This document shows positions 1 through 9,400 of a stretch of DNA of 64,000 nt, one piece after another. The notes beneath the pieces are model-generated. The model saw only the letters and a program-made list of their open reading frames with translations. It was not told the DNA's origin and searched no databases. A program made the translations under genes and the position numbers. Each line of letters opens with the position of its first letter. Within the stretch, counting starts at the first letter, position 1. Source of the DNA: a virus. The DNA is taken from positions 1-64,000 of IMG/VR virus record IMGVR_UViG_3300005077_000565, one strand, 5' to 3'.

Positions 1-2
1 CC

Positions 3-98
3 ACCAGTGGGAGTAAATGTGGTCTGTGATGCAGTGGCAGTAAACGTAGTTACTGTTCTAGCAGTTTGACCAAATGGGGGGATTCCGATGTATGACAT
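3..98 (-). CDS. 5' part of a virion structural/fibre protein (MSYIG-type N-terminus), runs off the window edge
   Basis: Manual translation from ATG at 98: MSYIGIPPFGQTARTVTTFTATASQTTFTPTG; same MxYxG start as ORFs 1019..1972 and 11796..12170. Confidence 0.7.
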   Translation of the reverse strand, partial: MSYIGIPPFGQTARTVTTFTATASQTTFTPTG

Positions 99-102
99 TC
101 TT

Positions 103-729
103 TTATCCTATGAAATTGCCGCTAAATTCAGAATATCTAATGCTATTTGATGTATGTAGATTTGTACTGTCACCATATCCATATACATTTACATAATCAC
201 CAGCCGATAAGTAAACCTGTGTATATCTGTTATATGTAACATATTCAGCAGCAGAAGTTGGATGAGAAGACCTAAATTCACAAAATACAGAACCATTTTT
301 GTAAAAAAATACATAAGTCGATCCAGAGGTGTTAGCTTTATGCCAATACCTCAAGTAGAATTGATATACTCCAGAAACTGGCGCAGTGAAAGTCGAGTTC
401 GAGCTATTATAATGACCACCCCTATTGTGATTAACACTAGAGTATTGCAACTGCGTGTTTGAAGTCGGTTCTTGATTAGAAGAACATGAAGCAGAAAATG
501 ATGGTTGATAAGGAGTCTGAACAATACCATTACTCGTAATCTTATATTTAATATTTGCGTCATTCATAGCTGGTGATGTACTATATTCAATTACAAATTC
601 ACTACCAGCACTATTATCACGAGTTTTCCAGTAAGACATTGATCCATGATAAAATCCAGTTGTAGCTTTTACTACTGGTTTACTGATTTCAGTATATAGA
701 GCATCTGAAGGTATCTTACTCAGAGCCAT
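103..729 (-). CDS. C1q/TNF-like domain virion protein (putative receptor-binding tip)
   Basis: QPSFSA...NRGGHYNSSNSTFTAPVSGVYQF...VYLSAGDYV...FSGNFIG fits the gC1q signature. Confidence 0.8.
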   Translation of the reverse strand: MALSKIPSDALYTEISKPVVKATTGFYHGSMSYWKTRDNSAGSEFVIEYSTSPAMNDANIKYKITSNGIVQTPYQPSFSASCSSNQEPTSNTQLQYSSVNHNRGGHYNSSNSTFTAPVSGVYQFYLRYWHKANTSGSTYVFFYKNGSVFCEFRSSHPTSAAEYVTYNRYTQVYLSAGDYVNVYGYGDSTNLHTSNSIRYSEFSGNFIG

Positions 730-735
730 TTTATA

Positions 736-999
736 TTATCCTTGTTGTGTTGCCATCTGTGCTTCCATCTCAGCTTGACGTTCAGCTGCAGACTTTACCC
801 AACCTTGAGCAAAAGCAAGAGCAACCATTTCGTCTCGGCTTCCGGGAATCTGTATGCCAGTTTCCAGGCATCGTTCCACTGTAATCTTGATTCTTGCACG
901 CTCATGAACTGCATTGTCAATCCAGTCTTGTTGAGAGAAAGCAGCATAACCCAGTGCTGAGTTTTCTGCGTCTGTAAGAGTAATTGTGTAAGTTGTCAT
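736..999 (-). CDS. small hypothetical protein between two C1q genes (possible fibre accessory/chaperone)
   Basis: AAGGA upstream; 87-aa ORF tightly packed in the operon. Confidence 0.65.
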   Translation of the reverse strand: MTTYTITLTDAENSALGYAAFSQQDWIDNAVHERARIKITVERCLETGIQIPGSRDEMVALAFAQGWVKSAAERQAEMEAQMATQQG

Positions 1000-1018
1000 T
1001 TTGTATTTTTCCTTTTAA

Positions 1019-1972
1019 TTAACCGATCAGGAATCCTGACCACTGAGAATAATATCCCTGATTAGCACCCATATACAGTCCATTTCCGGTAAATGCTGTA
1101 TGTAAGTATATATCAACCCAGTCACTTGCACTGAGACCGATATTAACACCTCCACCAACGTAATCATATTCAGCGCCCCCTGCAGGCTGAGCATGAGCAA
1201 CTTCATAAAGTGGGGTCCCGTTTTTACGAAGCACCGTATGACCACTATTTGCACTAGCCCCTGTTAAAATCGACCAAGTGAAATGATATGTGCCAGAGAC
1301 TGGAGCCACAAACCTGTAGTTAGATGTATTATAATGCTCACCAATGTTTAGGTCGACAACGTTGTATGGGACCGTCCCAACCGTATTATACCAATATCCG
1401 CTATTACCATGAGCGGTGAATGCAGGTTGATATGGCATACGTACACGCCCAGCGGAGTCACCGATAAGGTAATCCCCGACAGAAGCGTGACTTAATGCGA
1501 AAGTATTTCCTGATCCGTATTGGATAAGTAAACCATTCGCCCCAGCGGATTCAATACGGTTGTTCGTACCATCCCACTGCCCGATAGCCAGAGCTTTACT
1601 ACCATCAATCGTGCGGAATCGTCCATTAGATTTACTAATGTCTACATCCCCAGTCATCGTATCACCAGTCCGACGAACCGCACCAGTATCAGTCAATGTT
1701 TGTACTGGATAGTCACGATAGATCACGTAAATGTTATTGCTACCACTACTAGGTGCTTCAGAAAACACCAGCGAAGTTCCACCACTCACGGAATACGACC
1801 CATCAAACGGAGATTGCTGCACGTTGTTTACGATAACTTCAATGTTGGCTGCCTGCGCCACGTATCTACCCAGTGTGAATACGGTAGTTGATCCATCGCC
1901 ATTGAATGCCTGTGAATAGACACCAGCGAACGTTGATGCACTAGGTTGTGGCGCAGAACCCAGATATGCCAT
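1019..1972 (-). CDS. virion protein: N-terminal beta-sandwich (FNGDGSTTVFTL) plus C-terminal C1q domain
   Basis: MAYLG start; QPAFTA...GEHYNTSNYRFVAPVSGTYHF...LSASDWVDI...WSGFLIG. Confidence 0.8.
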   Translation of the reverse strand: MAYLGSAPQPSASTFAGVYSQAFNGDGSTTVFTLGRYVAQAANIEVIVNNVQQSPFDGSYSVSGGTSLVFSEAPSSGSNNIYVIYRDYPVQTLTDTGAVRRTGDTMTGDVDISKSNGRFRTIDGSKALAIGQWDGTNNRIESAGANGLLIQYGSGNTFALSHASVGDYLIGDSAGRVRMPYQPAFTAHGNSGYWYNTVGTVPYNVVDLNIGEHYNTSNYRFVAPVSGTYHFTWSILTGASANSGHTVLRKNGTPLYEVAHAQPAGGAEYDYVGGGVNIGLSASDWVDIYLHTAFTGNGLYMGANQGYYSQWSGFLIG

Positions 1973-2292
1973 CAGGTGATCTCCAGAACACTGCAGATTA
2001 CATCCACGGAACTGGCCAGACTACTCAGTGCCCGTAGGCTGTCACCGGACTCTAGTACCAGTTTCTGATCTCCACCCACAGGCACCAGCGCACCGCCGGG
2101 AGGTATAGTGGCGCCTTTGACCAGATAGTAGTTGGTGGCGCTGGAGGTTATATAGACGTCCACGGTCAACACGCTGGTGGTGGTGTTGGCCAGGGTTAGA
2201 CCAATCACCGTGGTCTGAGTGGTTGCCGAATAGATCACCACCGCTGATGTACCCATGTCCTTGGCAAAACTGTTCTTGAATGTATTAGCCAT
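1972..2292 (-). CDS. small virion structural protein (MANTFKN family), paralog of 12170..12493
   Basis: MANTFKN...KLVLESGDSLR...DVICSVLEIT aligns with MASSFKN...PINLEPNDSIR...DAVASVLELS. Confidence 0.75.
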   Translation of the reverse strand: MANTFKNSFAKDMGTSAVVIYSATTQTTVIGLTLANTTTSVLTVDVYITSSATNYYLVKGATIPPGGALVPVGGDQKLVLESGDSLRALSSLASSVDVICSVLEIT

Positions 2293-2300
2293 GTTGATAT

Positions 2301-2507
2301 TTATCCCAGTGCGATGGCCATGGCCACAGCGTCGTCAGCGGCTTTTTGTGTGTAATAACTACCGGGTTCTCCGTTCAGCGTATCGGCATCAGTACTACTG
2401 AGTCCGCCGCTGGTTCCGACCCAGCTGGCTCCATTATAGGTCCAGGTCTTGCCACTGGCAGTATAGGTGTCACCGTTGTTAGGTGAGTCGGGAAAATTAA
2501 TGGCCAT
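2301..2507 (-). CDS. 68-aa adaptor-like virion protein (MAINFP N-terminus, AMAIALG C-terminus)
   Basis: N-terminus near-identical to 5745..6425; C-terminal AIALG shared with 12496..12870; GAGGA RBS and AATAAATA motif upstream. Confidence 0.7.
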   Translation of the reverse strand: MAINFPDSPNNGDTYTASGKTWTYNGASWVGTSGGLSSTDADTLNGEPGSYYTQKAADDAVAMAIALG

Positions 2508-2564
2508 TGTATCTACGTCCTCGGTTACTGTATTTATTGGTTTTAATAATAAGTTTATCGCTTT

Positions 2565-2801
2565 TTAATGTTGTTCAAAATCATTGATAACTTCAACAAT
2601 GTTCCAACATGGTAGCGACTTCATCTGTAAAACTAATTCACGCATCTGCTGAGCGGACATTATCACCGAACCGTCATAAACATATTTTTGTTGTCCGCCA
2701 TGCCAGATTAAATTTCCCTGAAGATCAGTGATGGTCCTGGTATAGTTTTCGTTATCTATTTTTCTAACTTCCAGGCGCATTGGTTTTTTGTTAATTTTCA
2801 T
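2565..2801 (-). CDS. hypothetical protein
   Basis: 78-aa ORF coupled (ATGA overlap) to 2798..4252. Confidence 0.55.
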   Translation of the reverse strand: MKINKKPMRLEVRKIDNENYTRTITDLQGNLIWHGGQQKYVYDGSVIMSAQQMRELVLQMKSLPCWNIVEVINDFEQH

Positions 2802-4252
2802 ATAGTGTCAAACGTTGCATCATACCATCCTAGATAGGCTGCACCGTATGCGTAATAAAGAGTTCCAGACCCGTCCCAGTAGGGGGCGTCCTGATATCCA
2901 CCACCGCCAAAATAATTACCACTCCAACATGATCCGTACCACCAGGGATTGTTGTCGTAGTAAGTTGCGCAGTTACCACTGTTGGCATCGGTATCGTAAT
3001 CATATGTAGTTAGGCCATATTCATTGACTGCGTGGTAGGAGTACCACCCCGAAGTAGTAGATCCTATTAAGTTAGCATAATCGCGAGGATATTTAAATCC
3101 GTAGTTGCTGGACCATCCGGCAAATTTCCACTTAGCGAGTAGATCCATATTACCCAACGTAACATTGTGAGTGCCACTGGAGTAGGTAGCCTGATTTCCC
3201 TTGACTCCCTGTACCACTGTGTCTCCAAGATATCGCCAATAATCTAAACCAACCCAGAGATTAAAATTTCTGGAATCATCATAATTGCCATAGGCAGTGA
3301 CCCAGGGCCCGGTACAGCGAGCACGAGTGGCGCGGTCAATTCCTCCAGTTCCCCTGCGATTGGCAATGACCATGGTCAATGGGACTCCTGGACGATAAGT
3401 AAAATCAATATAAAATTTTTGAACTCCAAGTCCGCCGGGATTTAACCAATACATGCCGTTTGTGTTAATTCCTTGTTTATACAAATAGACCGGGTCTGGT
3501 GCAGCGGTATCTCTGGATAAACCCGTTAACCTAGGATGTCGTCCCGTGGATGTTGAAATTGTTCGATATAATTTATTTTCCAGTAAATCACGCACCGAGG
3601 GCTCTGTGCCATCTATGACATCAACACGCGGCTGCCAAAACTGAAGTCTGGATGTTGCGTCAGAACAATAATAATGATAAGTTCGATGAACTGCCTGTGT
3701 GGCTGTAGGGCTCCAACGAAGATCTCCGGCAATATTACAAAAATCAATATTTCCGCGATTGTTGATTCCACCAGACACTGTATAGTAACCAGTGTCGGGA
3801 TGATTTATATTGTGTTTTGTGTCACTGGGGAATACATGACCCACTACCAGATACCAGACATTCTGCGTTAACCAGCTGATATTACTGCATGACCAGTAAG
3901 GGTTGCCTTCAGTTTCGTCAGTCTGTATTTCCTGAACTGTTCCGTTATCGTACATACCCAGATAAAATGTGCCACCGGTGGTGGACGACGTCCGGCGCAC
4001 CCAGACGCTGAATCGATATAATTTAGTTCTGTCAATATTAAACCAGCTGGTTTCCCAGCCACCGTCGGCGCCGCCATCGCCACTGGGTCTAGTTTCCCAG
4101 ACTACATCTGAAGTGCCGTGCGGGTTCACGGCATAAATGCGTTCATTTTCAACAGTGGCACCATTTTGTCCAAACATACCAGTACTGCCAGAGCCTGTGG
4201 TCCAACTGCTGGAAGTTATTAAATTAGGATCGTTTAAATAATTAATAGGCAT
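2798..4252 (-). CDS. putative adhesin: N-terminal carbohydrate-binding-like jelly-roll plus C-terminal fibrinogen-related domain
   Basis: NGMYWLNP...LWVGLDYW...LTTYDYDTDANSGNCATYY...WWYGSCWSGN mirrors the fibrinogen-C FST.D.DND...NCA...WWY..C motif. Confidence 0.75.
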   Translation of the reverse strand: MPINYLNDPNLITSSSWTTGSGSTGMFGQNGATVENERIYAVNPHGTSDVVWETRPSGDGGADGGWETSWFNIDRTKLYRFSVWVRRTSSTTGGTFYLGMYDNGTVQEIQTDETEGNPYWSCSNISWLTQNVWYLVVGHVFPSDTKHNINHPDTGYYTVSGGINNRGNIDFCNIAGDLRWSPTATQAVHRTYHYYCSDATSRLQFWQPRVDVIDGTEPSVRDLLENKLYRTISTSTGRHPRLTGLSRDTAAPDPVYLYKQGINTNGMYWLNPGGLGVQKFYIDFTYRPGVPLTMVIANRRGTGGIDRATRARCTGPWVTAYGNYDDSRNFNLWVGLDYWRYLGDTVVQGVKGNQATYSSGTHNVTLGNMDLLAKWKFAGWSSNYGFKYPRDYANLIGSTTSGWYSYHAVNEYGLTTYDYDTDANSGNCATYYDNNPWWYGSCWSGNYFGGGGYQDAPYWDGSGTLYYAYGAAYLGWYDATFDTI

Positions 4253-4255
4253 ATT

Positions 4256-5017
4256 TTAATTGTATAGTGTGGCACCAAATTTGTTAAACAGATTAGTATA
4301 ATATGTGTGAACACGTGTCATTTCGCTGGACGACAGGGCTACTCCATATACTAATACACTAAACAAATAACCAGTATAAACTGTGCTGGCATATCCAGAA
4401 CCAATGCGTATACCATTGGACCTGACTACTGCTGTATTGGACCTGTTTGACAATACATTTCCACCCCAGGATCCGGCGTTCCATGCATAAGCAGATTGTC
4501 GATCTGCTGACATTTTGATTGCTCTTAGATTCCATTGGCTGGCAGTAGATACACCAAAATATCCATAATCATATGAATTATATTGCGTATAAAAACTTAT
4601 GTTGTTGTCGGTCTCCCAGGTACAGGCTAGTTCCTGTTCATAACTAGAGTAGGTATTAGGTACTTTTTCAAAAATTGTTCGGCGACTACCGGGCTGAACT
4701 GCATTAAACACCAGCACTAGTGTGAATTCACCAGTCATGTCTACACGGTTGCCATCAGCAGTTGATGATTCCCAGTATTTTGAACCATCAAATGCCAGAC
4801 AAGGCACTCCACTGACCGTGGTCTTTGTCATGTTACCACCCTGGGCATTCATGGCTATATTTTGTTGGACATCGTGCCAGACTGAACTCCCAGTATAATT
4901 CAATGCAGATAAATTAAACAATAGACCGCTTGTGGGGAGTGCAATGTAGTTTTTTAAGCGGCCATAGCTGTCAATGTCGTCAGCTGATAGTATTTTATCA
5001 CCTATGTACACCGTCAT
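4256..5017 (-). CDS. LamG/concanavalin A-like lectin domain protein
   Basis: GLLFNLSALNY...LAFDG...FTLVLVF...IRIG...VLVYGVALSSSEM pattern. Confidence 0.7.
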   Translation of the reverse strand: MTVYIGDKILSADDIDSYGRLKNYIALPTSGLLFNLSALNYTGSSVWHDVQQNIAMNAQGGNMTKTTVSGVPCLAFDGSKYWESSTADGNRVDMTGEFTLVLVFNAVQPGSRRTIFEKVPNTYSSYEQELACTWETDNNISFYTQYNSYDYGYFGVSTASQWNLRAIKMSADRQSAYAWNAGSWGGNVLSNRSNTAVVRSNGIRIGSGYASTVYTGYLFSVLVYGVALSSSEMTRVHTYYTNLFNKFGATLYN

Positions 5018-5748
5018 ACACCAAACCTCAATCTTTCAGTATAATAATGATCAAAAACTTCATCGGGATCTAGAGCTCGGTGATAAATTCTAATCACTGC
5101 TATACCACCAGAATATTGTCTTCCTGATGATTCGCGACCAATATTAAGCGTTGAACCCGGATTAGCATTACCAGAAGTTGCAATGCTGGTTACGCTATTG
5201 TTGGCATACTGATATAATCTTCCATGTCCGTAATCCCAGACACTGCACCAGTAATTCCAAGCAGATCTAGGACTGGCGCTTCCGGTTTCATGATAACCAT
5301 CAGGACTGTGGCTGTACCAATAATTTGACATCAATTGATTACTCTTGTTCCAGCTCATATAAATGGCACTGCCACCGTTTATCAAAACAACAGTACCGCG
5401 GTCACCACTGGTAACTTCAGTACTAGCGGGATATAACCAGGCTTCGATAGTTGCATTTTTTGATAATATATTATTGCAAGTTCCTTGAAAGTATTTGCCA
5501 TCGGAATTAAAATTCCAGCCGTGCGCTGAATTAAACTGTGATGTAGTCACACCACCATATGCAGTCAAATGTGCGCTATTTCCTGAAATATCGTACAATG
5601 TAGATGAGCCATCAACCCAGGAGTTGGGGTCTGTTGCATCATAATATGCTGCGAGGCCAGTGAAGGATATTGTACTGCTCAGTGTACCAGTACTGGTGAT
5701 TTTCCCAGAGTTGATTATTGAACTTCCTGCAAAAACCGACACAATCAC
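5014..5748 (-). CDS. LamG/concanavalin A-like lectin domain protein
   Basis: GLAAYYDATDPNSW...LYDISGN...TIEAW...LNIGR...YSGGIAVIRIYHRALDPDEV. Confidence 0.8.
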   Translation of the reverse strand: MIVSVFAGSSIINSGKITSTGTLSSTISFTGLAAYYDATDPNSWVDGSSTLYDISGNSAHLTAYGGVTTSQFNSAHGWNFNSDGKYFQGTCNNILSKNATIEAWLYPASTEVTSGDRGTVVLINGGSAIYMSWNKSNQLMSNYWYSHSPDGYHETGSASPRSAWNYWCSVWDYGHGRLYQYANNSVTSIATSGNANPGSTLNIGRESSGRQYSGGIAVIRIYHRALDPDEVFDHYYTERLRFGV

Positions 5749-6425
5749 TCCTTGCTGACTTCACGCAATAGAAACTGATATCGCTTACCTGAACGATTGT
5801 TTATTAAAAATAAATCAGTTTCACCTTCCTGTATAGTCCAGTCTCCCCAGGTACCATCTACACTGTTGGAGCTGCCCTGATTCGATAGGTTCAAATCCCC
5901 GGTGTATATATTGGCCCAGCGTAGTGTGGCGCTTCCGAGATTTTGTGTGTTATTTGTCAGAGGTAAAATATTACCACCAACGTCCATGCCGCCCTGTGAA
6001 TATATACCATTAGTAGTCACTGCTGCCCCGCTGGCAGAGCTACCGACGCTCAGTCCACCGTTAACATGTAGCTTTTTACCTGATACGTTGGCGCCGCTGC
6101 CACCGACTGAAAACGTACCGTATTGTCCATTGAACCAAATATAGTCAGTAGAACTAACATCGGTCCACTGTATACCAGCCCAACTTGATGAATTGCCATT
6201 CAGCGCAATTTGATAGTCTGAAGAATTAGCAAAGGTCACCACACCAGTGGCAGTGTTATTAATATCATTTCTAAGAAATTGTGTACTGTCTATATTATCC
6301 AGTGTTTCTGCATTACCACTATTAGAGAATACTCCGGTCCAGGAACTTCCATTGTAAATCCAGGTTTTACCGTTGGCAGTGTAGGTCTGACCGTTGTAGG
6401 GTGCGTCGGGAAAATTAATGGCCAT
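5745..6425 (-). CDS. short tail-fibre-like protein
   Basis: AETLDNIDSTQFLR and NLGSATLRWANIYTGDLNLSN...DGTWGDWTIQEGETDLFLINNRSGKRY, motifs typical of fibre proteins of large aquatic phages. Confidence 0.7.
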   Translation of the reverse strand: MAINFPDAPYNGQTYTANGKTWIYNGSSWTGVFSNSGNAETLDNIDSTQFLRNDINNTATGVVTFANSSDYQIALNGNSSSWAGIQWTDVSSTDYIWFNGQYGTFSVGGSGANVSGKKLHVNGGLSVGSSASGAAVTTNGIYSQGGMDVGGNILPLTNNTQNLGSATLRWANIYTGDLNLSNQGSSNSVDGTWGDWTIQEGETDLFLINNRSGKRYQFLLREVSKE

Positions 6426-9400
6426 TACTGCTGACCCTCCAGACGTTCAATTCTACTCTGCAGTTGTTCAATCAGCGTCTGCTGATCCTTGATGGCTTCG
6501 ATCAGCAGTGGAACTAACTTTTCATATTTCACTGTCAGATAGTCGTCGCTGACAGGGGCAGTGGTGACAACTTCCGGCAGCACTGCTTGAACTTCTTGTG
6601 CACTGACACCCACCTGGCGTTCGGGATTATTGTAGCCCAGAGACCTGGCAGTGTCGTTTTCACGGAAGTAGTAGCCGTTTAATTGTTTGACCTTGTCGAT
6701 GGCATTGTCAATGCGGCCCTCGAATGTCTTGAGTCTGGCATCCGAATAGTAGGCAATAACATCATTGGTGGCACGTATTTGTCCAGTGGTGCCACTGGCA
6801 GTGGTACCCACGCCTAGACTGTTGACCTGCAGATTACTGCTGGAACCCACCTGTGGTGCTACATCGATCCAGAAACTGTCGTAGTAGACGTGTAGTGTGC
6901 CGCTGTCACTCTCATACCAGAGGTCACCGGAACTTCCACTGGGCGGTGTATCTTGAATGGACACACGCTTCTGGTAGTAGGCGCTGTCGTTGCCGTCCAG
7001 TAGATCAGCATCCAGTCCTGATCCCGAGCCGTCGTTGCCGGAATGCCAGAACACAGATCCGTTGGAATGTTTAATACTACCACCATAGGTCATTCTAAAA
7101 TATTCAGTAGGGTAGTTATCGTTACCACCCAGTGCTACATAAAAACCGGTTTCATTTTCTCCCCAGCCGCTGGCTTGTTTGTACAAGCCCAGATTCATAT
7201 GTGTGCGATATCCGCTGGTATGTAATGCTTTCTGATGCAGGAACGGTAAGAACGCACTCGCTGACCCCACATTAACCTCTGGCACAATTATTGGAGCTGA
7301 TGTTAAACTGGTGACACTGGCACTGTCATGATCTGCAGGTGTCGATACGGTAATGGTTCCACTCATTGAGTCACCGGTGACATTGACGTATCTTGAATCT
7401 AGATCCACAGAACCTATGGCAGTAATATGGCCGTAGGTGTCCAGGGTGATATCCTGAATCACTGTACCATTACTGTTGTTGACGCTGGCCTGGCTGCTGG
7501 TATCAGTGTGGCTGAATTCTGTACCGGACAATGTCAACCCAGAGCCTGCGGTATAGGTGGTGTTGGTGTCCACTACAGTTTCAGTACCAGTTGAGTATCC
7601 AGTGACGTGACCGTAGGTGTCGAAGGTCAGTGCAGTGACATAGGTTCTAGCACTGGCGGTTAGATTGCTGGCAGTGCTGGTATCAGCATGACTTATTGTT
7701 ATACTACTGGCGCCGGTCTGGTTGGCGGTTCCCAATTGACCGCCGCCGGTGAGGCCAGAGCCGGCGGTGACTGTCATTGCTCCATCCCCGATACTGACTG
7801 TGCCAGTGGCTACACTGGCGGCTGTGACGTGTCCGTAGGTGTCGAATGTAAAACTAATATCCTGTATAAAGGTGTTGCCCGAGTTATCACTGCTGAGATT
7901 TCCCACACTACTAGTATCGGCGTGAGCCACCGTATAGTCGGTGCCTTCGCCGGCTGAGCCAGTTACAGTAATTCCTGAACCAGCGGCCACGCTGGCTGCA
8001 TAGTTGCCGGTGGTGTCGGTGCCCAGTGCCACACTGTTGGCTGCGATAGTGGTGGCGACACTTACTGTGCCGCTGGCTAGATCTGTCAGTGTAGTATTGG
8101 CCGTGCCAGTGACATCACCGGTCAGTGTTACTGTGATCACTGGATCAGGTTTGTTTTGTATTTCCGACCAGTCTACGCTGGAGTCGTTGGCAGCAATAGT
8201 AATGGTGTCGTTGGCTGCATCTGTGGTTATGGTCACATTGGTGCCGGCCACCAGTGTCAGCGTGTCGTTGTTGCTGTCGGCAACCACTGTAGTCTGTCCG
8301 CTAACGGCAATATTTTTAAATATGTTCTGTGACGACCCGGGATCAGTGTTGGTTATAGTAGGAGTTGCCGATTCACCAGCAGCGCCCACTGCGATTCCAG
8401 TGCCGGCCACCAGGCTGGCCACATAATCACCAGTGGTGTCGGTGCCTAGTGCTACACTGTTGGCTTCAATGGTGGTGGAAACTGTAACGGTGCCACTGGC
8501 TAGATCTGTCAGTGTAGTATTGGCTGAGCCAGTGACATCACCGGTCAGTGTTACTGTGATCACTGGATCAGGTTTGTTGGTAGCGTTGGTCCAGTCCAGA
8601 TAGTAACTGCCGTCCTGTCCGTCCAAAAGGTCGGAGTCTAATCCCGACCCAGTGCCGTCTACAGTGGCCACTGCGGCAAGTATATCCCCGGCAGTGACTG
8701 CGCCAGTGACACCGTTGACCGACAACACACCGGTGTTGCTGAATGTAGTGCCTACTAGACTTAATCCAGCACCGGCAGTATAAGTACCGGCACCGCTGAA
8801 CTGTATGTAATTGATGTCGTCGGTGCCCACTGCAAACGTGTCGGGGTCATCTACAAACCCTACCCAGCCGGTGCCTTCGTTATCAGTGCCGTCGGTCACC
8901 AGAATGTATGAGCCGGGAATTTCATCAGCGGAGTCGCAATATACACATCTAGTCAAAATCCAGTCTGTGCTGGCTGATCCCAGTTGAGAAATATAATAAC
9001 GTCCGTTTTCCACTGCATCAGTCTGATCTTTTAACAGTATACCGTTGTTCAATGACCAGCTGGAGTTTCCGTCAATGGTCAGTGTTGCCGTGGCTGCTAT
9101 GGTAAAAGTAGCCCCTACACCAGCAGTGCCGTTGTCGTAGACGCCGGTTAAGTTACCAGTGGTGGCTATTTTACAAGGGGCCATGGTGGCCAGGCCCTGT
9201 GCCATGTTGTCCACATACTGTTTGTTGGTCAGATGGTAGGTCTGTGTGGGACTGGCAGAGACTGTGACACTGGAGAATTCCACTGCCGAGCTGGTGCTGA
9301 CATCTTGACCAATGGATATTTCACCGTTGACAATACCGACACCAGTGCCAGCACTGAAGTGGCCACGTACCTCTGCGGCACTGGGACCAGTGTAGGTTAT

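Noticed and set aside
103-5748. Diversity-generating retroelement acting on the adhesin genes
   Set aside because: No reverse transcriptase and no template/variable repeat pair differing at adenines seen in the window
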